A stretch of 64,000 bases of DNA, taken from assembly GCA_030390025.1 (NCBI GenBank), contig CM059432.1:36644001-36708000 (forward strand), in the 5' to 3' direction. Source of the DNA: Squalus acanthias. Lineage: Eukaryota. Below the pieces are notes generated by a model. It searched no databases. It saw only the letters and a list, made by a program, of their open reading frames with translations, and was not told where the DNA came from. Below, in pieces: positions 52,701-62,324 of this stretch (position 1 is its first letter; every line of letters begins with the position of its first letter). Made by a program: the position numbers and the translations under genes.

Positions 52701-55700
52701 AGTAGAAGACACTAAAAGCATTCCAATAATAATTGATAATCAAGGGGCTATAGGGAGGGAGGAACTTAAAACAATCACTATCACTAGAGAAAAAGTACTA
52801 GGAAAACTAATGGGACTAAAGGCTGACAAGTCCCCTGGACCTGATGGCCTGCATCCCAGGGTTTTAAAAGAAGTGGCTGCAGAGACAGTGGATGCGTTGG
52901 TTGTAATCTACCAAAATTCCCTGGATTCTGGAGAGGTCCCAGCGGATTGGAAATCCGCAAATGTAACTCCCCTATTCAAGAAAGGAGGGATTCAGAAAGC
53001 AGGAAACTATAGGCCAGTTAGCCTAACGTCTGTCATTGGGAAAATGCTGGAATCCATTATTAAGGAAGTAATAGCAGGACATTTAGAAAATCATAATACA
53101 ATCAAGCAGAGTCAACATGGTTTTATGAAAGGGAAATCGTGTTTGACAAATTTACTAGAGTTGTTTGAGGATGTAATGAGCAGGGTGGATAAAGGGGAAC
53201 CAGTAGATGTAGTGTATTTGGATTTCCAGAAGGCATTCGATAAGGTGCCGCATAAAAGGTTACTGCACAAGATAAGAGCTCATGGTGTTAGGGGTAATAT
53301 ATCAGATTGGATAGATGATTGGCTAACTGACAGAAAACAGAGAGTTGGAATAAATGGGTCATTTTCAGGTTGGCAAACTGTAACTAGTGGGGTGCCACAG
53401 GGATCAGTGCTGGGCCTCAACTATTTACAATCTATATTAATGACTTGGATGAAGGGACCGAGTGTACTGTTGCCAAATTTGCCGATGATACAAAGATAGG
53501 TGGGAAAGCAAGTTGTAAGGAGTACACAAAGGGATATAGGTACGTTAAGTGAGTGGACAAAAATTTGGCAGATGGAGTATAATGTGGGAAAATGTGAGGT
53601 TATCCACTTTGGTAGGAACAATAAAAAGGTAAAATATTATTTAAATGGAGAGAGACTACAGAATGCTGCAGTAGAGGGATCTGGGTGTCCTCGTACATGA
53701 AACACAAAAAGTTAGCATGCAGGTACAGCAAGTAATTAGGAAGGCAAATGGAATATTGGCCTTTATTGGAAGGGGGATGGAGTATAAAAGTAGGGAAGTC
53801 TTGCTACAACTGTACAGGGCATTGGTGAGACCACACCTGGAGTACTGCGTACAGTTTTGGTCTCCTTATTTAAGGAAGGATATACTTGCATTGGAGGCAG
53901 TTCAGAGAAGGTTCACTAGGTTGATTCCCAAGTTGAAAGGGTTGTCTTATGAGGAAAGGTTGAGCAGGTTGGGCCTATACTCATTGGAGTTTAGAAGAAT
54001 GAGAGGTGATCTTATTGAAACATATAAGATTCTGAGGGGGCATAGTTTCAGAATAAGGGGTCGCCCATTTAAAACGGAGATGAGGAGGAATTCTTCTCTG
54101 AGGGTCGTGAATCTTTGGAATTCTCTACCCCAGAGAGCTGTAGAGGCTGAGTCATTGAATATATTCAAGGTGGAGATAGACAGATTTTTGAAAAACAGGG
54201 GAATCAAGGGTTATGGAGAGCAGGCAGGAAAGTGGAGTTGAGGCCAAGATCAGATCAGCCATAATCTTATTGAATGGCGGAGCAGGCTCGAGGGGCTGAA
54301 TGGCCAACTCCTGCTCCTATATCTTATGTTCTTGGAACATCTGCGTGAACCAAGGCACCAATTGAAAAGCAGGGGAGTTCTCCAGATATCCTGCCCAACA
54401 TCTATCCCTCAATCAACAGTACCCAAAAATAGAGTAACTGGATGTTTCTCTCACTTGTACAAAATGACTAACATTTGCTTACATAACAAATGATTACACT
54501 TCAAAAATATTGGCTGTGAAGTGTTTGGGACGTCCGAAGACAGGAAAGGAGCTACATCAATGCGAGTTCTTTCTTTACCCAACCACTTACTTGATTGAGC
54601 CGGGCGGTCTTCCTTCGCCCCAGCATTGGCAGGATGTCATCTAGATAATAATCCTTCACTGGGTACATGAACCCTGGCACAGTCACGACAGGGCAATTCC
54701 CATAATACTCCGATATCCGCTCAGTGTCGCTGGTGGCGCTCATCAGGATGATCTTCAGATTCGGGTTGGCCTCCATCACATTCTTCAGCAGGATGAGCAG
54801 GAAGTCCGTATTGACGTCGCGCTCATGGACTTCATCCACGATGACGTGACTGATGCCTTCTAGCAAGGCATTCCCTTGCAGTTTCTTCAGGAGGATGCCG
54901 ACTGTGCAGAAGAGCAGGGCCCCTCCTCGAGGAGGCAACATGCTCTCCAGCCTCACCTGGTAGCCCGCGTTTTTCTTCAGGCTCGGCCCCAACTCGTAGC
55001 CCACCCGTTGCCCCACCGATACGGCACTGATCCGTCGGGGCTGAGTTATTAAAATGTTACAGCGCGCTCCTCGGTTGTCAGTTATGAACTTCTCCAGTAT
55101 GAACTGTGGGATCCTGGTGGTCTTCCCACATCCGGTCGCTCCGGCTATGACCACGACCCGATTTTCCTCAATGGCAGAGATGATCGCTTCCTTGTGAGAG
55201 TCCACGGGCAGTGCCTTAACCTTCCCTGGCCTGGATCTCCGCCAGAGCCAGAGCAACTTCTGACTGATGCGCTCCGCCTCTCCATGTGACATCGGGACGT
55301 ACGTATCTCCCGTTATGGCATCACTAATCAAACCAAAATTAGACGTTGGATCCACGATCTCTGGTCCAGGGCCGATAGACTTGGGCTTACAGTCATCGTC
55401 TTCAGGTGCTGTCTCCACTGTGTACTGAGGGAAGAGACCGGGGAGGGTGGGTGTAGGTGGAGGAAGAATAAAACGGTTAGCTGCATTTCTCTGTTTAATG
55501 AGCAAATATTGAAGACATTCCACAAAAACAGAACAGTGAACATTTGATTTAAAAAAATAATTTCCCAATTTTCTCTCCTGAAGGCGTCAACTCTTGGCCA
55601 GCTTGTTTCAAAGTAATGGGAGGAGCATTGGGCATTTGAGAAACACAATAAAGCTCTGTATAAATGCAAGGCCTTTCTTTCCCAGTTGCCTTCTGGTATC

Positions 55701-58700
55701 TTACTCAGTTAGTCATTCTTCATCTATGAGTTCAGAGGATGATTTATAGAATCACACAGCACAGGAGGCCATGCAGCCCATTGTGCCTGTGCTGGCTCTT
55801 TGAAAGAGCGATGCAATTAGCCCCACTCCCATCCTCTTTCCCCATAGCCCTCAGCATCGGAGGATTTTATCTGGATGTGAACAACACTGGCAAGGTCACA
55901 TGTATTGCCCATCTCTGGTTAACCCTGAGATAGTTGTGGTGGTGGGCCTCCGTGAGTAGCAATTCATTGTACAACAGAGTAGCTTTCTAGGCCAGTCCAG
56001 AAAACAATAAGAGTCAGCTAAGTAGTGTGGGACTGGAGTCAATCACGGGCCACAATGGGGAGGGATGGCATGTTAACTCATCGAGTTATTACACCAATCC
56101 AGCAGCTTTCATAGTCAGTTTTTCTGATAGTCCAGTACTGTAAGGAAAAGATTAATTAAACTGTCTTGAACTCTCTTTATATTGTAGTAATATTAACTTC
56201 TGGCTTTTGCCTGTTAAATGAGTTTCTGTTCGAAGAATGAAAATGTAATCATAAGACAGGTTTGTTTTATTTAGGATAAATGTTTGCCATACCAGTGTTT
56301 CAGTTTAGACAGTGGGAATTAAAAGTTGCACCACACAGTCAGTCAGGGAAATTTTAGTTGATAAGAGGATGCTTTCCCTGGCTGGGGAGTCTAGAACTAG
56401 AGGTCACAGTCTCAGAATAAGGGGTCGGCCATTTAGGACTGAGATGAGGAGAAATATTTTTCACTCAAAGGGTTGTGAATCTTGGAATTCGCTACCCCTG
56501 AGGGCTGTGGATGTTCTGTCGTGGAGTATATTCAAGTCAAAGATTGATAAATTTTTGGATATTAAGGGAATCAAGGGATATGGGGATAGTGCGGGAAGGT
56601 GGAGTTGAGGTAGAAGATCGGCCATGATCTTATTGAATGGCAGAGCAGACTCGAAGGGCCCAATGGCCGACTCCTGATACTATTTCTTATGTTCTTATAT
56701 GTTAAAATCTTCAGCAGCAGACAAACAAGCTTCCTTTGTTCGCTTGAGCCTTGAGAGATAGAGATAGAATGGCTGCCTATACCCTCATATATCTTTCAGC
56801 TTTACAGGGGAAGTCAATGGGAATCAGGGGAAGAACCCTCCACTGGCTGGAGTCATACCTAGCACAAAGGAAGATGGTTGTGGTTGTTGGAGGTCAATCA
56901 TCTCAGCCCCAGGACATCGCTGCAGGAGTTCCTCAGGGCAGTGTCCTGGGCCCAACCATCTTCAGCTGCTTCATCAATGACCTTCCCTCTATCATAAGGT
57001 CAGAAGTGGGGATGTTCGCTGATGATTGCAGTGTTCAGTTCCTCAGATAATGAAGCAGTCCATGCCCGCATGCAGCAAGACCTGGACGACATTCAGGCTT
57101 GGGCTGAGAAGTGGCAGGTAACATTTGTGCCACACCAGTGCCAGGCAATGACTATCTCCAACAAGCGAGAGTCTGACTGCCACCCCTTGACATTCAATGG
57201 CATTACCATCGCCAAATCCCCCACCATCAACATCCTGGGGGGTCACCATTGACCAGAAACTTAACTGGACCAGCCACATAAATACTGTGGCAACAAGAGC
57301 AGGTCAGAGGCTGGGTATTCTGCGGCGAGTGTCTCAACTCCTGACTCCCCAAAGCCTTTCCACCATCTACAAGGCACAAGTAAGGAGTGTGATGGAATAC
57401 TCTCCACTTGCCTGGATGAGTGCAGCTCCAACAACACTCAAGAAGCTTGACACTATCCAGGACAATGCAGCCCGCTTGATTGGCACCCCATCCACCACCT
57501 TAAGCATTCACTCCCTCCACCACCGGTGCACCATGGCTGCAGTGTGTACCATCTACAAGATGCACTGCAGCAACTCGCCAAGGCTTCTTTGGCAACACCT
57601 CCTAAACCCCTGTCACCTAGAAGGACAAGGGCAGCAGGCGCATGGAAACACCACCACCTGCAAGTTCCCCTCCAATTTACACACCATCCTGACTTGGAAA
57701 TATATCGCCGTTCCTTCATCGTCACTGGGTCAAAATCCTGGACTCCCTCCCTCACAGCACTGTGAGAGTACCTTCACCACACGAACTGCAGCGGTTCAAG
57801 AAGGCAGCTCACCACTACCTTCTTCAGGGCAATTAGGGATGGGCAATAAATGCTGGCCTTGCCAGCAACACCCACATCCCAGGAACGAATATTTAAAAAA
57901 AGGGAACAGGAAATGTGTTACATCTTATGGCAGTTAAATGTCCTCCCAGGACATAATGAGCAAAGACACGTTTTGACCATCAATTCGAGAAGTTATAATT
58001 TCAATTGATTCCCGAGGCCTAACATTCACATGGGATAGAAATATATTCCAGGGACTTTAACTCCTCCACAGCCTCATCTGCGTAAGGAATGAGGACAAGT
58101 AATAACACTGGCCCAGATTTTGCGATCAGTGACGAACGGACAGCGCTCGCCGCTGACCTCGGAAAAAGCTGCCCATAAAGATTTAGCTGGCTCTGTAGCA
58201 CAGCTTTCTTCTATTCCGACGTGACTATGAATTTGGCGCCATCTGTGACATCCAGCAATAGTGCAGGCAGCAGGCAAGCTGATCAGCCAATTAGATTGAA
58301 GAATGCTCAGACAGCAAAGCAGGAAGTAAAAAGCAGGGATTATAATTCACATTTAATCACTCTACAGAAAGCAAAATAAAGATTGGGACATACACATGGG
58401 ATTAAGGTAGAAACTGAAATATCAAACAAACTTTTAAAAAAATTTAAAAAAATTTAATAATTGAATTTTCAAATGTTCTTCTGAGGGAATGAGACTCCAC
58501 ACTTGTAAAATTAGTTTTTCAGGGCCAGAGAGGTTGTTCAGCAGTAATTATGACTTGGTACACCGTTAAAAACGGCTTAATATTTTCATTTTTATGGTTT
58601 TTACGGTGAGAATAGTGCATAAAAAGTCGATGTTCATGTCAAATCACTGATTGAGTGTTGATTGCAACTGCGAAGACTGCAACAGCACGCCCTGTGGAGG

Positions 58701-61548
58701 AGCAGGGTATCAATGACAGCATCTTCCGGATTTCCGCTTTTCGCCGTCATTACAACCGCAAATTCTGGGACAACGCCTTCAGGAAGCCTTTGTTCATTAA
58801 TGTGATGTCAGCCGTGGCTCAGTTGGCAGCACTCTGGGTTGAAAGGGTTTGGGTTCACGTCCCATTCCAGTGACTGGAGCACAAAAATCTAGGCTAACAC
58901 TCCAGTGCAGTACTGAGGGAATGCTGCACCTCGGAAGTGCCGTCTTTCGGATGAGACGTTAAACCGAGGCCCTGTCTGCCCTCTAAGATGGACATAAAGG
59001 ATCCCATGACACTATTTTGAAGAAGAGCAGGGGAGTTATCCCCAGTATCCTGGCCAATATTTATCCCTCAACCAACATAACTAAAACAGATTATCTGGTC
59101 ATTTATCACATTGCTGTTTGTGGGAGTTGCTGTGCACAGCTGGCCCTGGTGTCCCTGGGCTACGAGAGGTGGAGGGAGGGAGAGGAATATCCGCCGGGAT
59201 TCCTGCTCCAGGATTCAGCAAACTCTGTTGGAACATGTGTCTGGAGAGGTCAGACCAGGATCAGGTTTTGCTGTTGTACTCCCCCCTCCTCCAAAATCAG
59301 AAAGCCAGCAGGCACTGAGTGTTTAGACTTGCACGCAAGGGATGGCCATTCGCCTATGGTACCGGAGGAGTCCCGGCGCCTGTGTGATTCTACAACAGTA
59401 ACAGTCAATGCCTTCAGAAGAGACCTGTCAATAAAGTTAGAATCTTACAGTACAGGAGGCCATTTGGCCCATCATGCCTGTGCTGTCTCTTTGAAAGAGC
59501 TATCCAATTAGTCCCAATCCCCTGCTTTTTCCCCCCATAGCCCTGCAATTTTTTCCTGTTCAAGTATATATCTAATTCCCTTTTGAAAGTTACTATTGAA
59601 TCTGCTTCCACCACCCTTTTAGGCAGTGCATTCCAGACCATCATAACTCACTGTGCAAAAACATTTCTCCTCACCTTCCCTCTGGTTCTTTTACCAGTTA
59701 TCTTAAATCTGTGACCTCTGGTTACCAATCCTTCTGCCAGTGGAAACAGTTTCTCCTTATTTATTCTTTCAAAACCGCTCAATTTTGAACAGGTCTATTA
59801 AATCTCCCCATAACCTTCTCTGCTCTAGGGAGAACAATCCCAGCTTCTCCAGTCATTCCACAGTTTAACAAAAATGTTCATTAAAATTTGAAAATATGGA
59901 AAGAAACACAGCTTCTTAAGATGAAACAAGAAATTCTGAACCGGCAATTCTACTGAGTAACAGACCGGCAAATCAGACCTTTATTTAAGGGACACTGGGC
60001 TGCAACTGACCTGGTCCAGATATTGCTGGATTCGTTGCTGGAGATTCTCAGGGATTTTTAGCCTGGTCGGCCTCCGTTCCTTTTCGCTCAACTCTTTTAT
60101 CGCCGTCAGGTTGTACATGGCGTGGGTCAGCGGATGGTTCTTCTGGTTAAGCAAGCCCAGATCCTGCCAAAGAGACACGAACACAAACATAAGCTTACCT
60201 CTACTTCTCCAGAATATTCTGTCCAGCAAGTGCAATAGTGAAAAAGGGGCATGTCGGACAAAAGTTCACAATTGGATGTGTGGATGGTGTGGTGCAGTGG
60301 TTTAAAAAGCCACTTTCTCATATTTGGGATTATGTCAAATCCAGCTCAAACTGAAGGAATAAGAGTCTCTTCTTTCTGATGGCTGTATGAGAAGGTTCTA
60401 TTTCAATTCCTGATGGGCATGCATGCACAGTATGAAAGGTGCCTCCAAATTTAGCTCTGATTAACAATCTCACTCATAAAGCTACAGGATGGCTGTTGTG
60501 AGAAATGGGAAACTTACTCTGGTGCAGTAGGAGGCTGAGGTTGAGGCACATAGTTGGAACAGTGTAGAGGGAGCTTTACTGTATCTAACCCGTGTTGCAC
60601 CTGCCCTAGGGGTGTCTGATGGGACAGTGTAAAGGGAGCTTTACTCTGTATCTAACCCGTGCTGTACCTGCCCGGGGGGGTGTCTGATGGGACAGTGTAA
60701 AGGGAGCTTTACTCTGTATCTAACCCGTGCTGTACCTGCCCAGGGGGGGTGTCTGATGGGACCGTGTAGAGGGAACTTTACTCTGTATCTAAACCATGCT
60801 GTACCTGCCCTGGGAGTGTTTGATAGGACAGTGTAGAGAGAGCTTTACTCTGAATCAATCAGGAGAGGCAACTAAGTCTGATATTTCTCCCTTCCCAGCA
60901 CCACATTTTTCTCAGGATGTGGGCTACGATGGTAAGGCCGCATTTACTGCCCCTCCCTAGTTGCCCCGAGAAGGTGGTGATGGGCCATCTTGAACCACTG
61001 CAGTCCGTGTGGTGATGGTGCTCCCACAATTGTAGCAGCCCTAAGCGATGCCCCAGCTGATAGGCACTAAATCAACAGACCAGGGACTAAACCGGCTCTG
61101 TATGGCTCAGTATCACATCACGGTGCTGCACTTACACACTGAGGCATTGGGAACACTCAAAATTTCTTTAAGACTGTTGATTGAGTCAGAACACATCAGC
61201 TCTCCAGATGGCTCATTTGGTGAATCTGAAATTCAGTCACCTAGCTGAAGAGCAGTAAGAGATCTGACAGCTGACCACCCACCATGTAACCACTCAGCTG
61301 GCACGCCACATGGGAAGAGAAAGACACTTTTGATAACGACAGCCGCACACCCTGCTCAACGCTGTGCTCGAGCATGGTTTGCAGCAAGTTGCAATCACCT
61401 TCAACTTCTTACAGGCTAGAGCTGCCGCTCTTCTTTCTGCCTCGGTTTTCCGGCGACCGCTCGCAACGAAGGTCATTGGGGTCGGCCACTGCACCTCAAG
61501 CCGACAGATCTTCATTGAACCACCTTCTGTGGTGTATTTCAGATAATC
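10506..61548 (-). CDS. DHX30: ATP-dependent RNA helicase DHX30, 5'-partial spliced CDS: join(61399-61548,60011-60163,54591-55424,39291-39366,37534-37638,36084-36259,27664-27870,26045-26126,23408-23601,19621-19780,16008-16165,14329-14432,13291-13430,10506-10732)
   Basis: Exon lengths 150,153,834,76,105,176,207,82,194,160,158,104,140,227 sum to 2766 nt with compatible phases and AG acceptors (12 GT donors, 1 GC donor). The protein has a dsRBD-like segment, [48 protein letters not shown]2 and OB-like regions, collinear with vertebrate DHX30 as I recall it. Confidence 0.96.
11270..11670 (-). mobile_element. Old, internally deleted CR1 fragment
   Basis: [20 protein letters not shown]...DVIHLD in ORF 11424-11705. 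Confidence 0.7.
11679..12095 (+). mobile_element. tRNA-headed DeuSINE (SacSINE1-like)
   Basis: Box A TGGCTCAGTTGG, box B GGTTCAAGTCC, Deu-like core GGAGGTGCCGTCTTTCGGATGAGACGTTAAACCGAGG...AAAGATCCCATGGCACT, tail GCACTATATAAATGTAAGTCTTTC; family name from recall. Confidence 0.85.
12746..12887. mobile_element. hAT-type MITE, 142 bp
   Basis: TIRs CAATGTTCCCTCTAA / TTAGGGGGAACGTTG; perfect 8-bp TSD GCAGGAAC (12738-12745, 12888-12895). Confidence 0.85.
13291..13430 (-). CDS. DHX30: DHX30 exon 13 ([46 protein letters not shown])
   Basis: Translated by hand; CAG/GTAAGT; 140 nt, phase 2/1. Confidence 0.94.
13625..13988 (-). mobile_element. Short non-autonomous derivative of family B LINE (tRNA-like head and 5' UTR joined to the 3' tail)
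   Basis: Matches 39866-40175, then jumps to CCACCACCTTCT..GGGCAACTAGGGATGGG..AATAAATG (42945-43015). Confidence 0.8.
14329..14432 (-). CDS. DHX30: DHX30 exon 12 ([35 protein letters not shown]), GC donor
   Basis: CAG acceptor; donor AG/GCAAGT; 104 nt, phase 0/2, the only nearby boundary in frame with exon 13. Confidence 0.9.
14500..14920 (-). mobile_element. CR1 3' fragment
   Basis: ORF 14558-14890 ([17 protein letters not shown]). Confidence 0.85.
15190..15950 (+). mobile_element. Degenerate L2-type LINE 3' portion
   Basis: (W)[14 protein letters not shown] resembles the L2 RT C-terminal motif; pyrimidine-rich body; tail GATGCTACACAAATGCAAGT. Confidence 0.7.
16008..16165 (-). CDS. DHX30: DHX30 exon 11 ([14 protein letters not shown]...AGLYPNLIQ)
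   Basis: CAG/GTGAGA; 158 nt, phase 1/0. Confidence 0.95.
16365..16480. mobile_element. hAT-type MITE, 116 bp, related to 12746-12887
   Basis: TIRs CAATATTCCCCCTAA / TCAGAGGGAACATTG; 8-bp TSD GAGGCAGC / GCGGCAGC (1 mismatch). Confidence 0.75.
16680..19160 (-). mobile_element. CR1 LINE ORF2 (partial APE through RT to 3' UTR), frameshifted
   Basis: ORFs 18825-19145 ([16 protein letters not shown]), 18399-18743, 17513-18109, 16810-17121. Confidence 0.93.
19360..19527. repeat. 168-bp near-perfect palindrome
   Basis: Arms 19360-19438 and 19449-19527 are reverse complements with 3 mismatches; centred on TGCA at 19442-19445. Confidence 0.95.
19621..19780 (-). CDS. DHX30: DHX30 exon 10 ([23 protein letters not shown]...[16 protein letters not shown])
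   Basis: Translated by hand (this frame is absent from the ORF track); TAG/GTAGGT; 160 nt, phase 0/1. Confidence 0.94.
19826..20245 (+). mobile_element. CR1 3' fragment
   Basis: CR1 C-terminal and 3' UTR sequence (GAGCAGAGAAGGTTAAGGGGAGA...ATGGGCCAAATGGCCTCCTTCTGTGC). Confidence 0.85.
20290..20580 (+). mobile_element. Short head+tail derivative of family B LINE
   Basis: Matches the 39870-40175 head; ends GGTTCAAGAGGCTCATCAC, like LINE tail 42926-42948. Confidence 0.72.
21550..22435. repeat. ~180-bp imperfect inverted repeat (21550-21730 vs 22244-22435) with ~510-bp spacer
   Basis: e.g. TCCATGTTGCCACATCAGGAAGAGACTTACTGAGGT vs ACCTCAGCAAGTCTCTTCCTGATTTGGCAACATGGA; TGTAAAAAGCTAATG vs CATTAGCTTTTTACA. 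Confidence 0.9.
22560..23000 (+). mobile_element. DeuSINE (SacSINE1-like)
   Basis: Nearly identical to 11679-12095. Confidence 0.85.
23408..23601 (-). CDS. DHX30: DHX30 exon 9, HA2 ([27 protein letters not shown]...EVMK)
   Basis: CAG/GTAAGG; 194 nt, phase 1/0. Confidence 0.95.
23720..24970 (+). mobile_element. 5'-truncated CR1, same subfamily as 16680-19160 but opposite strand
   Basis: Both encode [45 protein letters not shown]; (ACTCTATG)n tail. Confidence 0.93.
26045..26126 (-). CDS. DHX30: DHX30 exon 8 ([27 protein letters not shown])
   Basis: CAG/GTGAGT; 82 nt, phase 0/1. Confidence 0.94.
26245..26940 (+). mobile_element. Old CR1 3' fragment
   Basis: Degenerate LYKALVR..QFWSP and [10 protein letters not shown] segments. 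Confidence 0.7.
27060..27630 (+). mobile_element. Old CR1 3' fragment ending ~35 bp from the exon 7 donor
   Basis: CR1 C-terminal motifs, ATTCTATGATTC tail. Confidence 0.78.
27664..27870 (-). CDS. DHX30: DHX30 exon 7 (VSCLNTVW...QRRGRAGR...IPDIT)
   Basis: Motif VI; CAG/GTGTGT; 207 nt, phase 0/0. Confidence 0.95.
28070..28735 (+). mobile_element. 5'-truncated CR1 with doubled 3' UTR
   Basis: ORF 28167-28538; (TTCTTATG)n tail. Confidence 0.9.
29130..29427 (-). mobile_element. V-SINE (HE1-like)
   Basis: tRNA head (TGGCATAGTGA, GGTTCGAATC) then V-domain GTGTGGAGTTTGCACATTCTCCCCGTGTCTGCGTGGGTTTCCTCCGGGTGCTCCGGTTTCCTCCCACAGTCC; name from recall. Confidence 0.85.
29565..31740 (-). mobile_element. 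Degenerate CR1 ORF2 with internal deletions
   Basis: ORFs 31341-31607 (APE: ILDLVM, SDH), 30457-30837, 30070-30309. Confidence 0.88.
32160..32505 (+). mobile_element. 5'-truncated DeuSINE
   Basis: Matches the body and tail of 22560-23000. Confidence 0.8.
33005..33370 (-). mobile_element. CR1 3' fragment
   Basis: CR1 3' UTR (CATAGGAACAGGAG...CATTCAGCCCCTTGAGCCTG on plus) with degenerate C-terminus. Confidence 0.75.
33535..35045 (-). mobile_element. 5'-truncated CR1 (RT)
   Basis: ORFs 34407-35087, 33960-34406, 33788-34015. Confidence 0.92.
35182..35625 (-). mobile_element. Internally deleted CR1 (RT segment joined to 3' UTR)
   Basis: ORF 35206-35508 runs from FDKVPHQR straight into 3' UTR sequence. 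Confidence 0.85.
36084..36259 (-). CDS. DHX30: DHX30 exon 6 ([10 protein letters not shown]...[11 protein letters not shown]...YDLRTK)
   Basis: Motif V; CAG/GTAACC; 176 nt, phase 1/0. Confidence 0.95.
36730..37190 (-). mobile_element. Representative of an old, unclassified SINE-like family (related fragments near 2910-3240, 12280-13080, 14960-15130, 20590-20830, 25120-25310, 25600-25920, 37770-38090, 38970-39200, 39600-39730, 50840-51200, 60850-61150)
   Basis: Shared plus-strand blocks ATCACAGCCAAGCC, GATCAGGAGC.GAA.CC and CAGCTAACTCAG.ACAGA; several copies end in a degenerate tRNA-like head on the minus strand. Confidence 0.55.
37534..37638 (-). CDS. DHX30: DHX30 exon 5 ([13 protein letters not shown]...CIILP)
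   Basis: Motif IV; CAG/GTGAGT; 105 nt, phase 1/1. Confidence 0.95.
39291..39366 (-). CDS. DHX30: DHX30 exon 4 ([25 protein letters not shown])
   Basis: CAG acceptor, GTAAGG donor, 76 nt, phase 0/1. Confidence 0.92.
39866..43031 (+). mobile_element. Near full-length family B LINE: tRNA-like head, 5' UTR, disrupted APE-RT ORF, short A tail
   Basis: Box A TAGCATAGTGG 39875-39885, box B GTTCAAATCC 39940-39949; APE ([25 protein letters not shown]) from ~40270; RT ORFs 41332-42969. Confidence 0.9.
44150..45110 (+). mobile_element. 5'-truncated CR1 nested in ORF1 of a same-subfamily host
   Basis: ATGTGGGAGTT duplicated at 44139-44149 and 45111-45121; closely matches the host 3' end 48721-49679. 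Confidence 0.9.
45970..46619 (+). mobile_element. 5'-truncated CR1 nested in the host esterase domain
   Basis: TTAAACT duplicated at 45963-45969 and 46620-46626; nearly identical to 9252-9901. Confidence 0.9.
49680..50015 (+). mobile_element. Family B LINE 3' end (continuation of 43775-43843)
   Basis: [13 protein letters not shown]...HYHLLKGN; collinear with the fragment upstream of the big CR1. Confidence 0.85.
51725..52258 (-). mobile_element. Family B LINE 5' UTR and start of APE
   Basis: Matches 39985-40520; encodes [16 protein letters not shown]. Confidence 0.82.
52450..54333 (+). mobile_element. 5'-truncated CR1 inserted in a DeuSINE (head 52360-52450, body 54360-54545)
   Basis: ORFs 52810-53499, 53500-53700, 53717-54241. 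Confidence 0.92.
54591..55424 (-). CDS. DHX30: DHX30 exon 3, RecA1 helicase core (Walker A, motif Ia, DEVH, SAT)
   Basis: Lies within ORF 54552-55568; CAG acceptor 55425-55427, GTAAGT donor, 834 nt. Confidence 0.97.
56365..56700 (+). mobile_element. CR1 3' fragment
   Basis: [17 protein letters not shown]..., (TTCTTATG) tail. Confidence 0.88.
56810..57900 (+). mobile_element. 5'-truncated family B LINE
   Basis: [38 protein letters not shown]. Confidence 0.9.
58110..58771. mobile_element. Non-autonomous DNA transposon with imperfect TIRs
   Basis: GGCCCAGATTTTGCGAT vs ACCGCAAATTCTGGGAC; AT-rich interior; no clear TSD. Confidence 0.55.
58806..59140 (+). mobile_element. DeuSINE (SacSINE1-like), 3'-truncated
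   Basis: Same head and core as 11679-12095. Confidence 0.82.
59435..59855 (-). mobile_element. CR1 3' fragment
   Basis: [22 protein letters not shown]. Confidence 0.85.
60011..60163 (-). CDS. DHX30: DHX30 exon 2 ([18 protein letters not shown]...QQYLDQ)
   Basis: CAG acceptor, GTCAGT donor, 153 nt, phase 0/0. Confidence 0.92.
60556..60852 (+). repeat. ~67-bp tandem repeat, ~4.4 copies
   Basis: Unit GGGACAGTGTAGAGGGAGCTTTACTCTGTATCTAACCCGTGCTGTACCTGCCCTGGGAGTGTTTGAT; starts at 60556, 60621, 60689, 60758, 60825. Confidence 0.93.
61399..61548 (-). CDS. DHX30: DHX30 exon 1 in window (dsRBD-like: [10 protein letters not shown]...[14 protein letters not shown])
   Basis: CAG acceptor 61549-61551, GTGATT donor, 150 nt, phase 0/0. 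Confidence 0.92.
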
Positions 61549-62324
61549 CTGAGGGAGCAGCACAGACATGTTACAGCAATATCACTGCCACTTATATTAA
61601 CAGGAACATAGGAATCGCTGGACCAAAAAAGACCACGGTCGATCTAGTTCACCTGCTGCCATCCTGGTAGTTGTATGATGCAACAATATTGGAGTTACAC
61701 CATGTGAAAGACCTGATATTATTCTGCTGCTAAACTCCTTGTAAGGCTACAAACTCTAATTGATGGCGAGTAAACATTGGGCAAGTCCAAACATTAATAT
61801 TCAGGCTGAATATCAGATCCCTGGCTTTGTTAAAGGGAAGATCAGTTAAGAAGTTGTAGACACTGTGGCTCCAGCATTTTCTGTTCTTGGAGAATGTTTC
61901 TGCACGTTGCAATTGGCTGCCTTTGGGTTTTTTTTAATACTTTTTTTTTTAAGTGTGACAAATTTGCATTACGGAGTGGAGCAGACAGAAAGTCCAGCGA
62001 TCGATATAATAGAGTAAAAATACTGGATGGGTATCAGGTTAGTCATGTCAGGGGTTCAGTTAATGGAACAAACAACTTTGCTTTGGGGCGTCCCGAGGAT
62101 GTGGAAGGTGCTATATAAATGCAACTTTGTTTTTTCTCTTTGGCACTTTTCAACCCTGGTGGAGATCACTGTCCAGTCAAACTGCATGTCAGCTCAAAGC
62201 AAGATTTTAACAAATATGTAGTACTAACTCCCTGGTTATAATATCTGCAAAACAAGACTTGCTCAGGGGATAGTTCTTAATAAAACGTAATGAACCATGT
62301 TATACTGGGGCTTTAAAACAGCAT

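Noticed and set aside
54552..55568. 338-aa ORF as a standalone intronless helicase or retrocopy
   Set aside because: It is bounded by good splice sites and in frame with neighbouring exons; the ORF ends are intronic read-through.
60556..60852. Regularly spaced repeats resembling a CRISPR array
   Set aside because: Units are contiguous with no unique spacers, there are no cas genes, and the context is a vertebrate intron; this is a satellite.
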